The notes under the pieces: generated by a model
Told to the model about the DNA's origin: nothing
The model's input: only the letters and a program-made list of their open reading frames with translations
Databases searched by the model: none
Shown: positions 1-8,802 of the stretch, in pieces
How the letters are laid out: the number at the start of each line of letters is the position of its first letter
How positions within the stretch are numbered: the stretch's first letter is position 1
Source of the DNA: Nitrosopumilus sp.
Lineage (GTDB): Archaea; Thermoproteota; Nitrososphaeria; Nitrososphaerales; Nitrosopumilaceae
NCBI GenBank assembly: GCA_965205425.1
Contig: CBDBGZ010000009.1
Location: forward strand, 1,056,001-1,120,000
Length of the DNA stretch: 64,000 bases
Direction of reading: 5' to 3'
Program-made: the position numbers and the translations under genes

Positions 1-299
1 CAACATTATGGGGGTAAACAAAGTTAGCATTGCTTTTGACATGATAGCATCCATTCGAGTCTGGGAGATTGTTCTTGGCCTGCCACTTCTTGGGTGGTCG
101 TAGAGGCCATCTATCTCAAAACGACTCGTCCATTTTCTCACCCAGCTTGTGCAGTGGTGTAATGTCTTTGCAGTGCACTGTATGTCCTTTCCATCCTTTA
201 GAATCATCAACACTGCAAGCATCCTTACTGCAACCTTGGAGTTTTCTTTTTTGTATGCTGCTTTCAAGTGATTCTAACTTGTTCATCAAATTTTACCAT
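1..299 (-). pseudogene. IS630 transposase 5' part with an apparent frameshift after about 10 codons
   Basis: The ATG frame (MVKFDEQVRIT) stops early; the transposase-like frame is offset and has an upstream TAG. Confidence 0.6.
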
Positions 300-363
300 A
301 CATAGTGATCAAAAAGTTTTTTGTTTTGGAATTATTTAGTTCACGAACTTTATCTTTTCGCTA
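1..363 (-). mobile_element. IS630-family element, left end; continues beyond the window start
   Basis: Minus strand encodes HLKAAYKKE...WVRKWTSRFEIDGLYDHPRSGRPR, an IS630-type HTH N-terminus. Terminal repeat TAGCGAAAAGATAAAGTTCGTGAACTA abuts a TA target at 364-365. Confidence 0.8.
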
Positions 364-545
364 TATATTCTATTTTTGGTGTTTCTCGGTTTTGTTCTCA
401 ACATATAGTCACAGCATGGGCAATGCTTGCCATCCCACCATATGAAAATCTCACATGTGGAGCAGTGCTTTTGTCCCATTGTATAGCGATTAATTCCATG
501 AACTCTTTTTGCCTTGTGGGATTCACAGGTTCCTTTGCAGACCAT
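336..545 (-). CDS. Cys-rich zinc-finger protein; C-terminus replaced by IS630 end
   Basis: MVCKGTC...CSTC...CPCC...LRTKPRN; the last residues SEKIKFVN are encoded by the IS terminal repeat. Confidence 0.7.
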   Translation of the reverse strand: MVCKGTCESHKAKRVHGINRYTMGQKHCSTCEIFIWWDGKHCPCCDYMLRTKPRNTKNRIYSEKIKFVN

Positions 546-676
546 GTGGAATTGTACCTGAAAATACAATTTATGAATCTTGAACAATCTTGAATTTAGA
601 ATAGTGTAGAAAATCAGCATAAGTCGAGTAATATGCTATCCTAGGTTTAAATAAAGTAGACTGACTTTTTGACGCA

Positions 677-1789
677 ATGGTTGGAATAGATCAAGTTCTT
701 GAAAAACTTAGTACTGTAATTGATCCTGATTTGAAAAAAGATATCGTATCAATGGGTATGATTAAAGATTTAGAACTAAATGATGGTAATCTCAAATTTA
801 CTTTAGAATTAACAACACCTGCATGTCCTTTCAATGTGGAAATTGAAGACGATGTTAGAAAAGCAGTTGCTGAACTTTCTGACTTGAAGAATTTTGATTT
901 GAATGTAACTGCCAAAGTCATGGAAGGTCGTTCACTTGATGATGACACTGGAATGAAAACTGTCAAAAACATAATTGGTGTTGCAAGTGGAAAAGGTGGA
1001 GTTGGAAAATCAACTGTTTCATTAAACTTAGCTTTGGCATTATCTCAATCTGGAGCCAAAGTTGGTTTACTTGATGCAGATATCTATGGACCTAGTATTC
1101 CATTAATGCTTGGAATGAAAGATGGTTTTATGGAAGTTGAAGATAATAAATTACAGCCTGCAGATTCAAACGGATTAAAAGTTGTATCATTTGGATTTTT
1201 TGCAGATCAATCAAATCAAGCAGCAATTTATCGTGGTCCAATCATATCTGGAATTTTAAAACAATTCCTTGTCGATACAAATTGGTCTGAATTAGATTAC
1301 TTGATTGTAGATTTACCTCCTGGAACTGGTGATATCCCATTAACTCTTGCACAAACTATTCCAATTACGGGAATCCTTGTAGTTACTACACCACAAGATG
1401 TTGCAAGTGATGTTGCAGTTAAAGCAGTTTCAATGTTTGAAAAACTAAATGTTCCAATTATTGGAGTTGTTGAAAATATGAGTCATTTTATTTGTCCAAA
1501 TTGTGATGATAAACACTACATCTTTGGTGAAGGTGGCGCAAAGAAAATCAGTGAACAATTTAACATGCCTTTCTTAGGTGAAGTTCCATTAAATTCTGGA
1601 ATTATGGAAGGTTCTGATTTAGGCAAACCAATTATGATTACAAATCCTGATTCTCCAAGTGCAGAAGCATTTAGAGTTAGTGCAAAAAATATTGCAGCAC
1701 AATGTAGTATTATTGCAGCCAAGCTTCAAGAAGAACTGGAATCTGAAAGTTCTGGTAAAGAACCAACCCCTGAGGCAAGTACAAACTAA
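677..1789 (+). CDS. mrp: Mrp/ApbC (NBP35-family) Fe-S cluster carrier ATPase
   Basis: N-terminal FeS_assembly_P domain (LTTPACP), GKGGVGKST Walker A, DLPPGTGD, CPNC. Confidence 0.95.
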   Translation: MVGIDQVLEKLSTVIDPDLKKDIVSMGMIKDLELNDGNLKFTLELTTPACPFNVEIEDDVRKAVAELSDLKNFDLNVTAKVMEGRSLDDDTGMKTVKNIIGVASGKGGVGKSTVSLNLALALSQSGAKVGLLDADIYGPSIPLMLGMKDGFMEVEDNKLQPADSNGLKVVSFGFFADQSNQAAIYRGPIISGILKQFLVDTNWSELDYLIVDLPPGTGDIPLTLAQTIPITGILVVTTPQDVASDVAVKAVSMFEKLNVPIIGVVENMSHFICPNCDDKHYIFGEGGAKKISEQFNMPFLGEVPLNSGIMEGSDLGKPIMITNPDSPSAEAFRVSAKNIAAQCSIIAAKLQEELESESSGKEPTPEASTN

Positions 1790-1800
1790 TTTCGATTCCT

Positions 1801-2295
1801 GTGAAATTACCTGAATCTCTTAGAGACCAAATGAAAATTCCTCTAGGGGTGCTTTTACCTGAAAACCATACTCAAAAAAGTGAAATTCAAAAACATCTCT
1901 CAGAAAATTCGTATCTAATTGCTGTTGGTGATAGAACTACTGAAAAAATGATAAATTTTGATTTAATTCCATCATTGCAAATTATTGACGGTCAAGAGAA
2001 ACGAGAAAAAAGAGACCCTCCAAAGTTAGAAAATGCAATTGAATTGACTGTTGATAACCCTGCAGCTGAAATCACTTCTCAAAGTATTTCTGTAATCCAA
2101 AAAGCATTTACCATGAATTCCCCAGTAAGGATTTTTGTAAATGGGGAGGAAGATCTTTTAGTTCTTCCAGTATGTGTCCATGCTCCTGAAAATTCTGTTG
2201 TCATGTATGGTCAGCCAAATGAAGGATTGGTAATAGTCAATATTACTACCGAAATTAGAAATAAAGCACAAAGCCTACTTGATTTAATGGAATAA
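1801..2295 (+). CDS. GTP-dependent dephospho-CoA kinase (DUF359)
   Basis: VGD, NPAAEI, GEEDLL, YGQPNEG motifs. Confidence 0.88.
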   Translation: MKLPESLRDQMKIPLGVLLPENHTQKSEIQKHLSENSYLIAVGDRTTEKMINFDLIPSLQIIDGQEKREKRDPPKLENAIELTVDNPAAEITSQSISVIQKAFTMNSPVRIFVNGEEDLLVLPVCVHAPENSVVMYGQPNEGLVIVNITTEIRNKAQSLLDLME

Positions 2296-2297
2296 TT

Positions 2298-2356
2298 GGG
2301 GTGTGATGAGACGGTGGCTGTATGATTGATGATTACTCCACATAACCTCTGACCCT
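2298..2356 (+). ncRNA. Box C/D methylation guide sRNA
   Basis: C box GTGATGA 2303-2309, D' ATGA 2322-2325, C' TTGATGA 2326-2332, D CTGA 2349-2352, GGG/CCC terminal stem. Confidence 0.85.
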
Positions 2357-2487
2357 ATTAATTCATAATTTACCAATTAAAATACACCAAATTTCATACA
2401 AGAATTGACATTTCAAGATTGCCACATATCATTTGTATTCATAAAACTAAATGCATTTTTTATAAATCAAAAACAATTTCTGTAGAA

Positions 2488-3071
2488 TTATTTATTTTTA
2501 TTATTTTCTGTTGAGAGTACAAATCTGCCAAAATCTGTAATTCTGTATGTTCTTATTGCTCTATCTCTTTCCAACTTGATTAATCCATCCTTTTCTAAAC
2601 TTCGTAATGTTTTTTCAACAAATATCATGGGCAAGTCTTCTTTTTTAAAATGACTTATAGCTGCACCTTTTTCAAATTTACTTATTTTCTTTAAAAATTC
2701 TACTTCTCTGTCTGTAGGACTTACAGCTGCTGCCGTTTTTATTGTTGGAGCTGTAGTATATGATATCGATGGACGCATTTTTGATGCTAAATCTTCTCTA
2801 AGATCTTTAATTTCCGATTTCAAATCTTGAATTTCAAAAATTGATCTTTCTTCACCTGTAACTTTTTTGTCTGAATCTAATTGGAATGATTTCAAAAATT
2901 CTGATAATATTGAACTTGATGCCTGATCTGGTTCTTTTTGAGCATTTATGATTAGTTTTTCAATTAAGGTAATGCCTTTTTGCCAAATTTCTGGATCTGT
3001 CATATCTATTGAAACACATCGTATGTCTTGAATATCAAAAGGAGGTTTTTGTGATGGTTCTTTTATAATTA
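2488..3071 (-). pseudogene. 3' fragment of NDT-like (nucleoside 2-deoxyribosyltransferase fold) plus C-terminal wHTH gene
   Basis: Frame stays open upstream of the track's Met (IIKEPSQKPPFDIQDIRCVSIDM) up to the IS1595 end; C-terminus LRSLEKDGLI...YRITDFG is wHTH-like. Confidence 0.7.
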
Positions 3072-3298
3072 GGTGATTGTAAACCTATTACCACCAACTA
3101 TTTTTGAGTAATTATTGGAAAAAACAATCAACATAATTGAGTTATCTAAAATAATTCACAACAAATCAACTGCATTGGAATTTCTCTGCAACCAATTCAA
3201 AAAGAAAAACACAATTCATTGTTCATCATGTAACTCTGAGAATTACTATATTATTTCAAGAGGGAAACTAAGATGCAAAGATTGCAAGACAGATTATA
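3072..3298 (+). mobile_element. IS1595-family element, truncated left end (227 bp)
   Basis: Matches the start of the 7144-8053 copy including TIR GGTGATTGTAAACCTATTACCACCAAC; ends at the MITE insertion. Confidence 0.92.
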
Positions 3299-3429
3299 TA
3301 GCGAGAAGCATATGTTCATGAACTATTTTCAAGGTGTTTCAGATTGTTTATTCGTATTTACCTTAGGTAAAATCATCTAATCTCTAGTTTTTTGATGATT
3401 TTTAGTTCACGAACTTTATCTTTTCGCTA
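3299..3429. mobile_element. IS630-derived MITE (131 bp)
   Basis: Imperfect 27-bp TIRs (TAGCGAGAAGCATATGTTCATGAACTA / rc TAGCGAAAAGATAAAGTTCGTGAACTA), flanked by TA; right end identical to the IS630 end at 335-363. Confidence 0.85.
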
Positions 3430-3674
3430 TAGAACACATTTGGATTGTTTCCAGTAATGTCTGCAATTACTAAAGGTGAGTCAATTAAACGAAGAACAAT
3501 TTTTTTAGATATGGATCCTGGGCTATCTTCATCATCTGCCCTAATTGGAATATATCCTAATTTTTCAAGTATTGGGGTAAAAACAAATTTTAATTTCCTG
3601 TCTGCATCTGTTCTTTCTTCAGAACCTTCTGAACCAATACGTGATATTATAAAACAAATTTTTTCTTCAGACAT
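3430..3674 (-). pseudogene. 5' fragment of NDT-like gene
   Basis: CFIISRIG...PIRADD...PGSI...VIADITGNNPNVFY, cut by the MITE just before the expected catalytic Glu. Confidence 0.8.
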
Positions 3675-3809
3675 GTTTGAAACACTTCTAACTTCTTAAA
3701 ATATGATCCTAAGACTAACTTGAAGTTCAATTAGGATAAAACAAGTTATTCCTTTTAATTAAATAACAAAGGTAATGAGTTTAAATTTTGATAAATTATT
3801 AGTTGAAAT

Positions 3810-4370
3810 ATGGTATATGTAGGATCTTTTAAAGAACATGATGATAAACATCTAGACGTTCAATCTGCTTCTGAATTAAAACAATTCATTGTTATGCGAC
3901 AAATGTTTGTTATTTTACAATTCTATCTAATGGATAAATTAGATAGAGAAAAGGTATATGAGAATATCAATGGAATGGAAATTCAATTTTATGGTCAACG
4001 TGTAAAATTGACTTTTTTTGATGATGAGATGGACCTGTATTTTGGTAGTTTAGAATGGGCTGCGTTAAGTCATTACACTGTTAATATTTTTGAAGGCATC
4101 AAACGTTATTATAAAATGAGTGGTCAATGGGATAAATTTCAAAAAGAATCTTATTTTACATATTTTTATGTTGTAAGAAATAGCTTTTCCCATGATTCAC
4201 GTTGGAATTTTGGTAAAATCAAATCTGATAAATTTCCACTCTCTTACGAAAAATCTAAAATTTTCTATAATGAAGAAAAACAACCAATGACATCTCAAGG
4301 ATTTAGTTTAGAAAGCTTTTGGAATCTTACAAATGAAATATTGTCTTTTGTTGATCAGAAATTCAAATAA
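3810..4370 (+). CDS. Hypothetical protein with HEPN-like RxxxxH motif
   Basis: 186-aa ORF containing VRNSFSHD in a helical context. Confidence 0.55.
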   Translation: MVYVGSFKEHDDKHLDVQSASELKQFIVMRQMFVILQFYLMDKLDREKVYENINGMEIQFYGQRVKLTFFDDEMDLYFGSLEWAALSHYTVNIFEGIKRYYKMSGQWDKFQKESYFTYFYVVRNSFSHDSRWNFGKIKSDKFPLSYEKSKIFYNEEKQPMTSQGFSLESFWNLTNEILSFVDQKFK

Positions 4371-4561
4371 TACTGTATTCCATTTATTCTATCTTCTTTA
4401 ACAATATGCGTTTTTTCTGAAACGCAAATTTTGACCTTTTCAGAATCATACTAAATGAAAATCCTCAATTTTAGTCATAAAATACATGTCAAATGCGTTT
4501 AATTTTATCTATACAACATATTGACATGTCAAGATAAACGCAAATTTCAGAACTAAAAAGT

Positions 4562-4939
4562 ATGAAATTAGATCCTGATCTCACATTACAAATTTTAGAA
4601 AAAGTTGGAATTTACTCTAATCGTTTCTCAATTTCAGAACCTCAGATGCTCTTAACCACCAAAGAAGTCTTAGATGCTCCAAAAGAAATGACTGAAGGAA
4701 GACGTACATCTGCCTACAAGTATTATGGAGTTTCATATCTTCTACATAATCTTGTTTTCATAAATGTACGAAAAATACCTGATGAAAAAACTCTGGAGAA
4801 TACCATAGTTCATGAATTGATCCACATGAGATTTCCATATCTTGCCCATGGGAAAAGATTCAACAAATTGGTGAGGCAAGGACTAAGAGGAAAAACATTT
4901 CCGCCATATAGAAAAAGAAGCAAGATCTCTGCTATTTGA
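4562..4939 (+). CDS. SprT/M48-like small zinc metalloprotease
   Basis: TIVHELIH...HGKRF motif. Confidence 0.75.
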   Translation: MKLDPDLTLQILEKVGIYSNRFSISEPQMLLTTKEVLDAPKEMTEGRRTSAYKYYGVSYLLHNLVFINVRKIPDEKTLENTIVHELIHMRFPYLAHGKRFNKLVRQGLRGKTFPPYRKRSKISAI

Positions 4940-4975
4940 TTTATATTTCCCAGAATTGGGCAAGCAAAGTATCTT

Positions 4976-7015
4976 ATGGAAATTTCAGAAATTCTGCCAT
5001 TTATTGCAGCAATTGCGTCATTTTTAGTCGCTGGTGGATTGGTATTTTGGATTACAAAACAACCTTCTGGAACCAAAGAAATGATGGATATCTCAAATGC
5101 CGTCAAAGAAGGGGCTGCAGCATTTCTAAAACGAGAAATGATGATTATCGTTCCAGTAGCAATCGCATTAACATTGATTATTGGCATTTTCTTGACTCCG
5201 TCAAACGGAATTGCATTTGCAGTAGGTGCAGCATTGTCTGCAGTAGCAGGGATTATTTCGTTAAAAATTACAGTAAAAGCAGCAGTTAGGGCTGCAAACC
5301 TCAGTAGTGAAGGTCTAGGAAAGACATTTGCTATGGCATTTAGAGGTGGAGCCACTGTGGGACTAGCAGTTCCAGCAATGGCACTAGTTGCAATTACTGG
5401 TCTTTATCTAATTTATCCAGACCCAATCACAATTGCCGGAGTCGGAATTGGAGCAAGTCTAATTGCATTATTTATCAGAATTGGCGGCGGTATCTTTACA
5501 AAAGCAGCAGACATGGGGGCTGACTTGGTGGGTAAAGTCGAGGTAAACATTCCAGAAGATGACCCTAGAAACCCTGCAACAATTGCAGACAATGTTGGTG
5601 ACAACGTTGGAGATGCAGCAGGAATGGGTTCTGATGTTTACGAATCATATATTGTTACAATACTTGCAGCATTACTAATTGCAGCATTAATCGGTGCACC
5701 AAACTTTTTCTTGTATCCAATATTGATTGGTTCATCTGGAATGATTGCATCCATTATTGGTGTTGTCATTGTTGGTTCAAAAGGAATTACAGATGTTATG
5801 AAGCCGCTTAATCGTTCGTTTTATGTTTCAGCTGCAATTGCAATTGGATTGAATTATGTGTTCATTACTCAGTTTATCGGAGATTCTGCAACATCATATG
5901 CTCTCTTTGGTTCAACTGTTATTGGTGTCATTCTTGTTCCAGTTATTCAGAAAATTACAGATTTCTATACTAGTTACAAAAAAGGACCTGTAAAAGAAAT
6001 TGCAGACTCTGCAAAATGGGGATATGCATCATTAACTTTAATGGGAATTATCAAAGGCATGCAATCTACTGGACCATTCATGATTGCACTAGTTGTTGCA
6101 ATTATAGTATCTTACAGTATCGCAGCTGGTGCTGCACCTGAAGGTTCAGACCCAGTACTTTATGGTATATTTGGAACTGCTTTAACTGCAATGGCAATGT
6201 TGAGTTTGGCAGGAATTGTTCTTAGTATCGATGCATTTGGTCCAATTGCTGATAATGCAGGTGGAATTGTTGAAATGACTGGAATGGGAGAAGAAAACCG
6301 TAAAGTCACTGATGAAATTGATGCAGTTGGAAATACTACAAAGGCTGTTACAAAGGGCTTTGCAATAGCAAGTGCTGCTTTAGCTGCCTTGGCAATGATT
6401 CAAGCATTTCAATTTGAGGCTGCTCATGTTTTCGCTGGTGTTTTAGAATTAGATTATAGTTTGACTAATCCTGCAATTATTGTTGGATTGCTAATCGGTG
6501 GCTTAATACCATTTATCATTACAGGTCAACTAATCAATGGTGTTTCAAGAGCCGCAGGAAAAATGGTTGATGAAGTTAGAAGACAATTCAAAGCAGACTC
6601 TGGTATTCTTGAAGGAAAATCAAAACCTGATTATGCTAAATGTGTAGACATTGCAACTGTTGCATCAATTAAAGAACTATGGAAACCAGCTCTTGTCGCA
6701 ATTGTTTCTCCAATTATTTTGGGAATTTTACTAGGTCCAACTGCAGTAGCAGGATTGTTAATGGGCGCAGTTGTAACTGGAATTTTACTAGCATACCACT
6801 TGGCAAATACTGGTGGTGCATGGGATAATGCAAAGAAACTAGTTGAGATGGAAGGAGAGAAAGGTTCTGAAATCCACAAAGTTGCAGTAGTAGGTGATAT
6901 TATTGGTGATCCTTACAAAGACACTGCAGGTCCAGCATTAAACACTGTCATTAAACTACTAAACACAATTGCAATCGTGTTTGTATCAGCATTTGTAGCA
7001 ATACTTGCAATCTAA
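4976..7015 (+). CDS. hppA: Membrane-bound pyrophosphatase (H+-PPase, K+-independent signature)
   Basis: DMGADLVGKVE, DNVGDNVGD, GNTTKA (Lys variant), GDPYKDTAGP. Confidence 0.95.
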   Translation: MEISEILPFIAAIASFLVAGGLVFWITKQPSGTKEMMDISNAVKEGAAAFLKREMMIIVPVAIALTLIIGIFLTPSNGIAFAVGAALSAVAGIISLKITVKAAVRAANLSSEGLGKTFAMAFRGGATVGLAVPAMALVAITGLYLIYPDPITIAGVGIGASLIALFIRIGGGIFTKAADMGADLVGKVEVNIPEDDPRNPATIADNVGDNVGDAAGMGSDVYESYIVTILAALLIAALIGAPNFFLYPILIGSSGMIASIIGVVIVGSKGITDVMKPLNRSFYVSAAIAIGLNYVFITQFIGDSATSYALFGSTVIGVILVPVIQKITDFYTSYKKGPVKEIADSAKWGYASLTLMGIIKGMQSTGPFMIALVVAIIVSYSIAAGAAPEGSDPVLYGIFGTALTAMAMLSLAGIVLSIDAFGPIADNAGGIVEMTGMGEENRKVTDEIDAVGNTTKAVTKGFAIASAALAALAMIQAFQFEAAHVFAGVLELDYSLTNPAIIVGLLIGGLIPFIITGQLINGVSRAAGKMVDEVRRQFKADSGILEGKSKPDYAKCVDIATVASIKELWKPALVAIVSPIILGILLGPTAVAGLLMGAVVTGILLAYHLANTGGAWDNAKKLVEMEGEKGSEIHKVAVVGDIIGDPYKDTAGPALNTVIKLLNTIAIVFVSAFVAILAI

Positions 7016-7143
7016 TCAATAAGATTAGATATTTGGTTTTATCAGATTAGTTCAGCATCTTACATTTTTGTTATGCCTAATCCCAGAATAGAACGCTTTA
7101 TGACTATCTGAAATGGAGAAAAAGAAAATGAACAATAAATTAA

Positions 7144-8053
7144 GGTGATTGTAAACCTATTACCACCAACTATTTTTGAGTAATTATTGGAAAAAACAAT
7201 CAACATAATTGAGTTATCTAAAATAATTCACAACAAATCAACTGCATTGGAATTTCTCTGCAACCAATTCAAAAAGAAAAACACAATTCATTGTTCATCA
7301 TGTAACTCTGAGAATTACTATATTATTTCAAGAGGGAAACTAAGATGCAAAGATTGCAAGACAGATTATAGACCGTTTGCTGGAACATGGTTTGATATCA
7401 TCAACATTAATTTTACAAAATGGTTGGCCCTAGTCAAACTATTTGATATTGGGATTAGTGCAAGACGTGCAGTTAGAGAAGCAGATGTCAGTTATCCAAC
7501 TTGCACTAAATGCTTTTGATTGCATCAGATATTCAATACTGTATCACCTGGCAGAATCAGACAAGAAACTAAAAGGGAAAATTGAGGCTGACGAGGCGAC
7601 TATTTTGGAGGAAAAAGAAAGGGAAATCGTGGCAGAGGTGCCAAGAACAAGACCATCGTATTTGGCATACTGGAAAGAAAGGGAAAAGTTCACGTTGAGA
7701 TTGTAAACAATGTCAAAGCTAAAACTCTTCTTGCAAGCACCATCAAGAAAGTAAAGAAAGGAAGTATTGTGTATACGGACAAGTGGAGAGGATATGATTC
7801 GCTAGTTTTCAACGGCTACAAACATCTCTCAATAGACCACAGCAAAATGTTTGGGAGTGGTGATGTGTACATTAATGGTATTGAAGGGTTTTGGAGTTTT
7901 GCAAAAGAGAACATGGCAAAGCATCATGGTGTTAGTCCAGGAAAGTTTCTGTTGTATATCAAGGAAATGGAGTGGAGATACAACAACAGAGATGGAAGAT
8001 ACTTTCTCATTATTGTTAGATTATGTGTTGGTGGTGAATAATTGATAATCACC
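7144..8053 (+). mobile_element. IS1595-family (ISXO2-like transposase) element, 910 bp
   Basis: TIRs GGTGATTGTAAACCTATTACCACCAAC / rc GGTGATTATCAATTATTCACCACCAAC; zinc ribbon, EADEA, YTDKWRGY, NGIEGFWS motifs; no matching TSD. Confidence 0.93.
7187..8041 (+). pseudogene. IS1595 transposase split across three frame segments
   Basis: Frame changes near 7501 (YPT/ALNAF) and near 7600 (DEA/YFGG). Confidence 0.8.
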
Positions 8054-8272
8054 TTATTTTTTAACTAGTATTTTTTTGGAGATTTTTAATGAAAATCCCA
8101 TTGCAATAAAATGAATGATAGCCCCTAAAATTGCAGCATAAATCAAATTATCTAAAATTGTCCAAGTTACAATAAACACTAGAATAGATGGAATCGTGAT
8201 AATGGCAGCAATGATAGTTCCTCGGAGTGCAATTTCACATATTGAAAGTTTAGTTTGTTTGTCATCAGACAA
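8054..8272 (-). CDS. Small two-TM membrane protein
   Basis: 72-aa ORF with two hydrophobic segments. Confidence 0.7.
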   Translation of the reverse strand: MSDDKQTKLSICEIALRGTIIAAIITIPSILVFIVTWTILDNLIYAAILGAIIHFIAMGFSLKISKKILVKK

Positions 8273-8289
8273 TAGCTAAAATTTCAAAA

Positions 8290-8802
8290 ATGGTAATAAA
8301 AACCAAAGATACTTTATATTTGGTAGACCTTAATTTTTACTGTTTGGCAAGTTACAAAGGAGCATATTCAAATGATCAATCATTAAATTTTGTCATACCC
8401 ATAATCATTATTTTGTTTTTAGGTATCATTTACATTATGACACAAAGAGCAGATACAGGATTTGTTAGTTTTATCCTAATTGGTGCAGCTGCTCTGACAA
8501 TGTTTTATTGGGTTAAAGTTCTTAAAAAAATGACAAAGGATCAAAAACCAACTTACAGTAAAGTAAGAGAGCAAGAAACAAAGAATTGGGTATATGATCT
8601 GATTAAAGGAGAAGATGAACTAGTTTTTGTAGCAGAAGTTCCAGGTCCTGAAGATAAAATTGCAGTTAGATTAGTAGACGGAATTTTATATATTCGTGGA
8701 ACTTCAGGGTTTTCAAAAGAAGTTCCTATTGAAGGAGTAAAGGAAATGCAGATATTTGATTTTAAATATAGAAACGGTGTATTAACACTAAGAATAAAAT
8801 AA
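8290..8802 (+). CDS. Membrane-anchored Hsp20/alpha-crystallin domain protein (true start probably the TTG near 8345)
   Basis: Two TM helices followed by VAEVPGPE...YRNGVLTLRI. Confidence 0.8.
   Translation: MVIKTKDTLYLVDLNFYCLASYKGAYSNDQSLNFVIPIIIILFLGIIYIMTQRADTGFVSFILIGAAALTMFYWVKVLKKMTKDQKPTYSKVREQETKNWVYDLIKGEDELVFVAEVPGPEDKIAVRLVDGILYIRGTSGFSKEVPIEGVKEMQIFDFKYRNGVLTLRIK

Noticed and set aside
69..593. Plus-strand ORFs 69-305 and 321-593
   Set aside because: Antisense shadows of the IS630 transposase and the zinc-finger gene.
2488..4370. Retron or CBASS system
   Set aside because: No reverse transcriptase, msr-msd or nucleotide cyclase is visible in the window.
4810..6879. Antisense and alternate-frame ORFs over hppA, and similar shadows over mrp, thiL, pst, pdxS, aconitase and pheT
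   Set aside because: Shadow ORFs of well-supported genes, with no motifs of their own.
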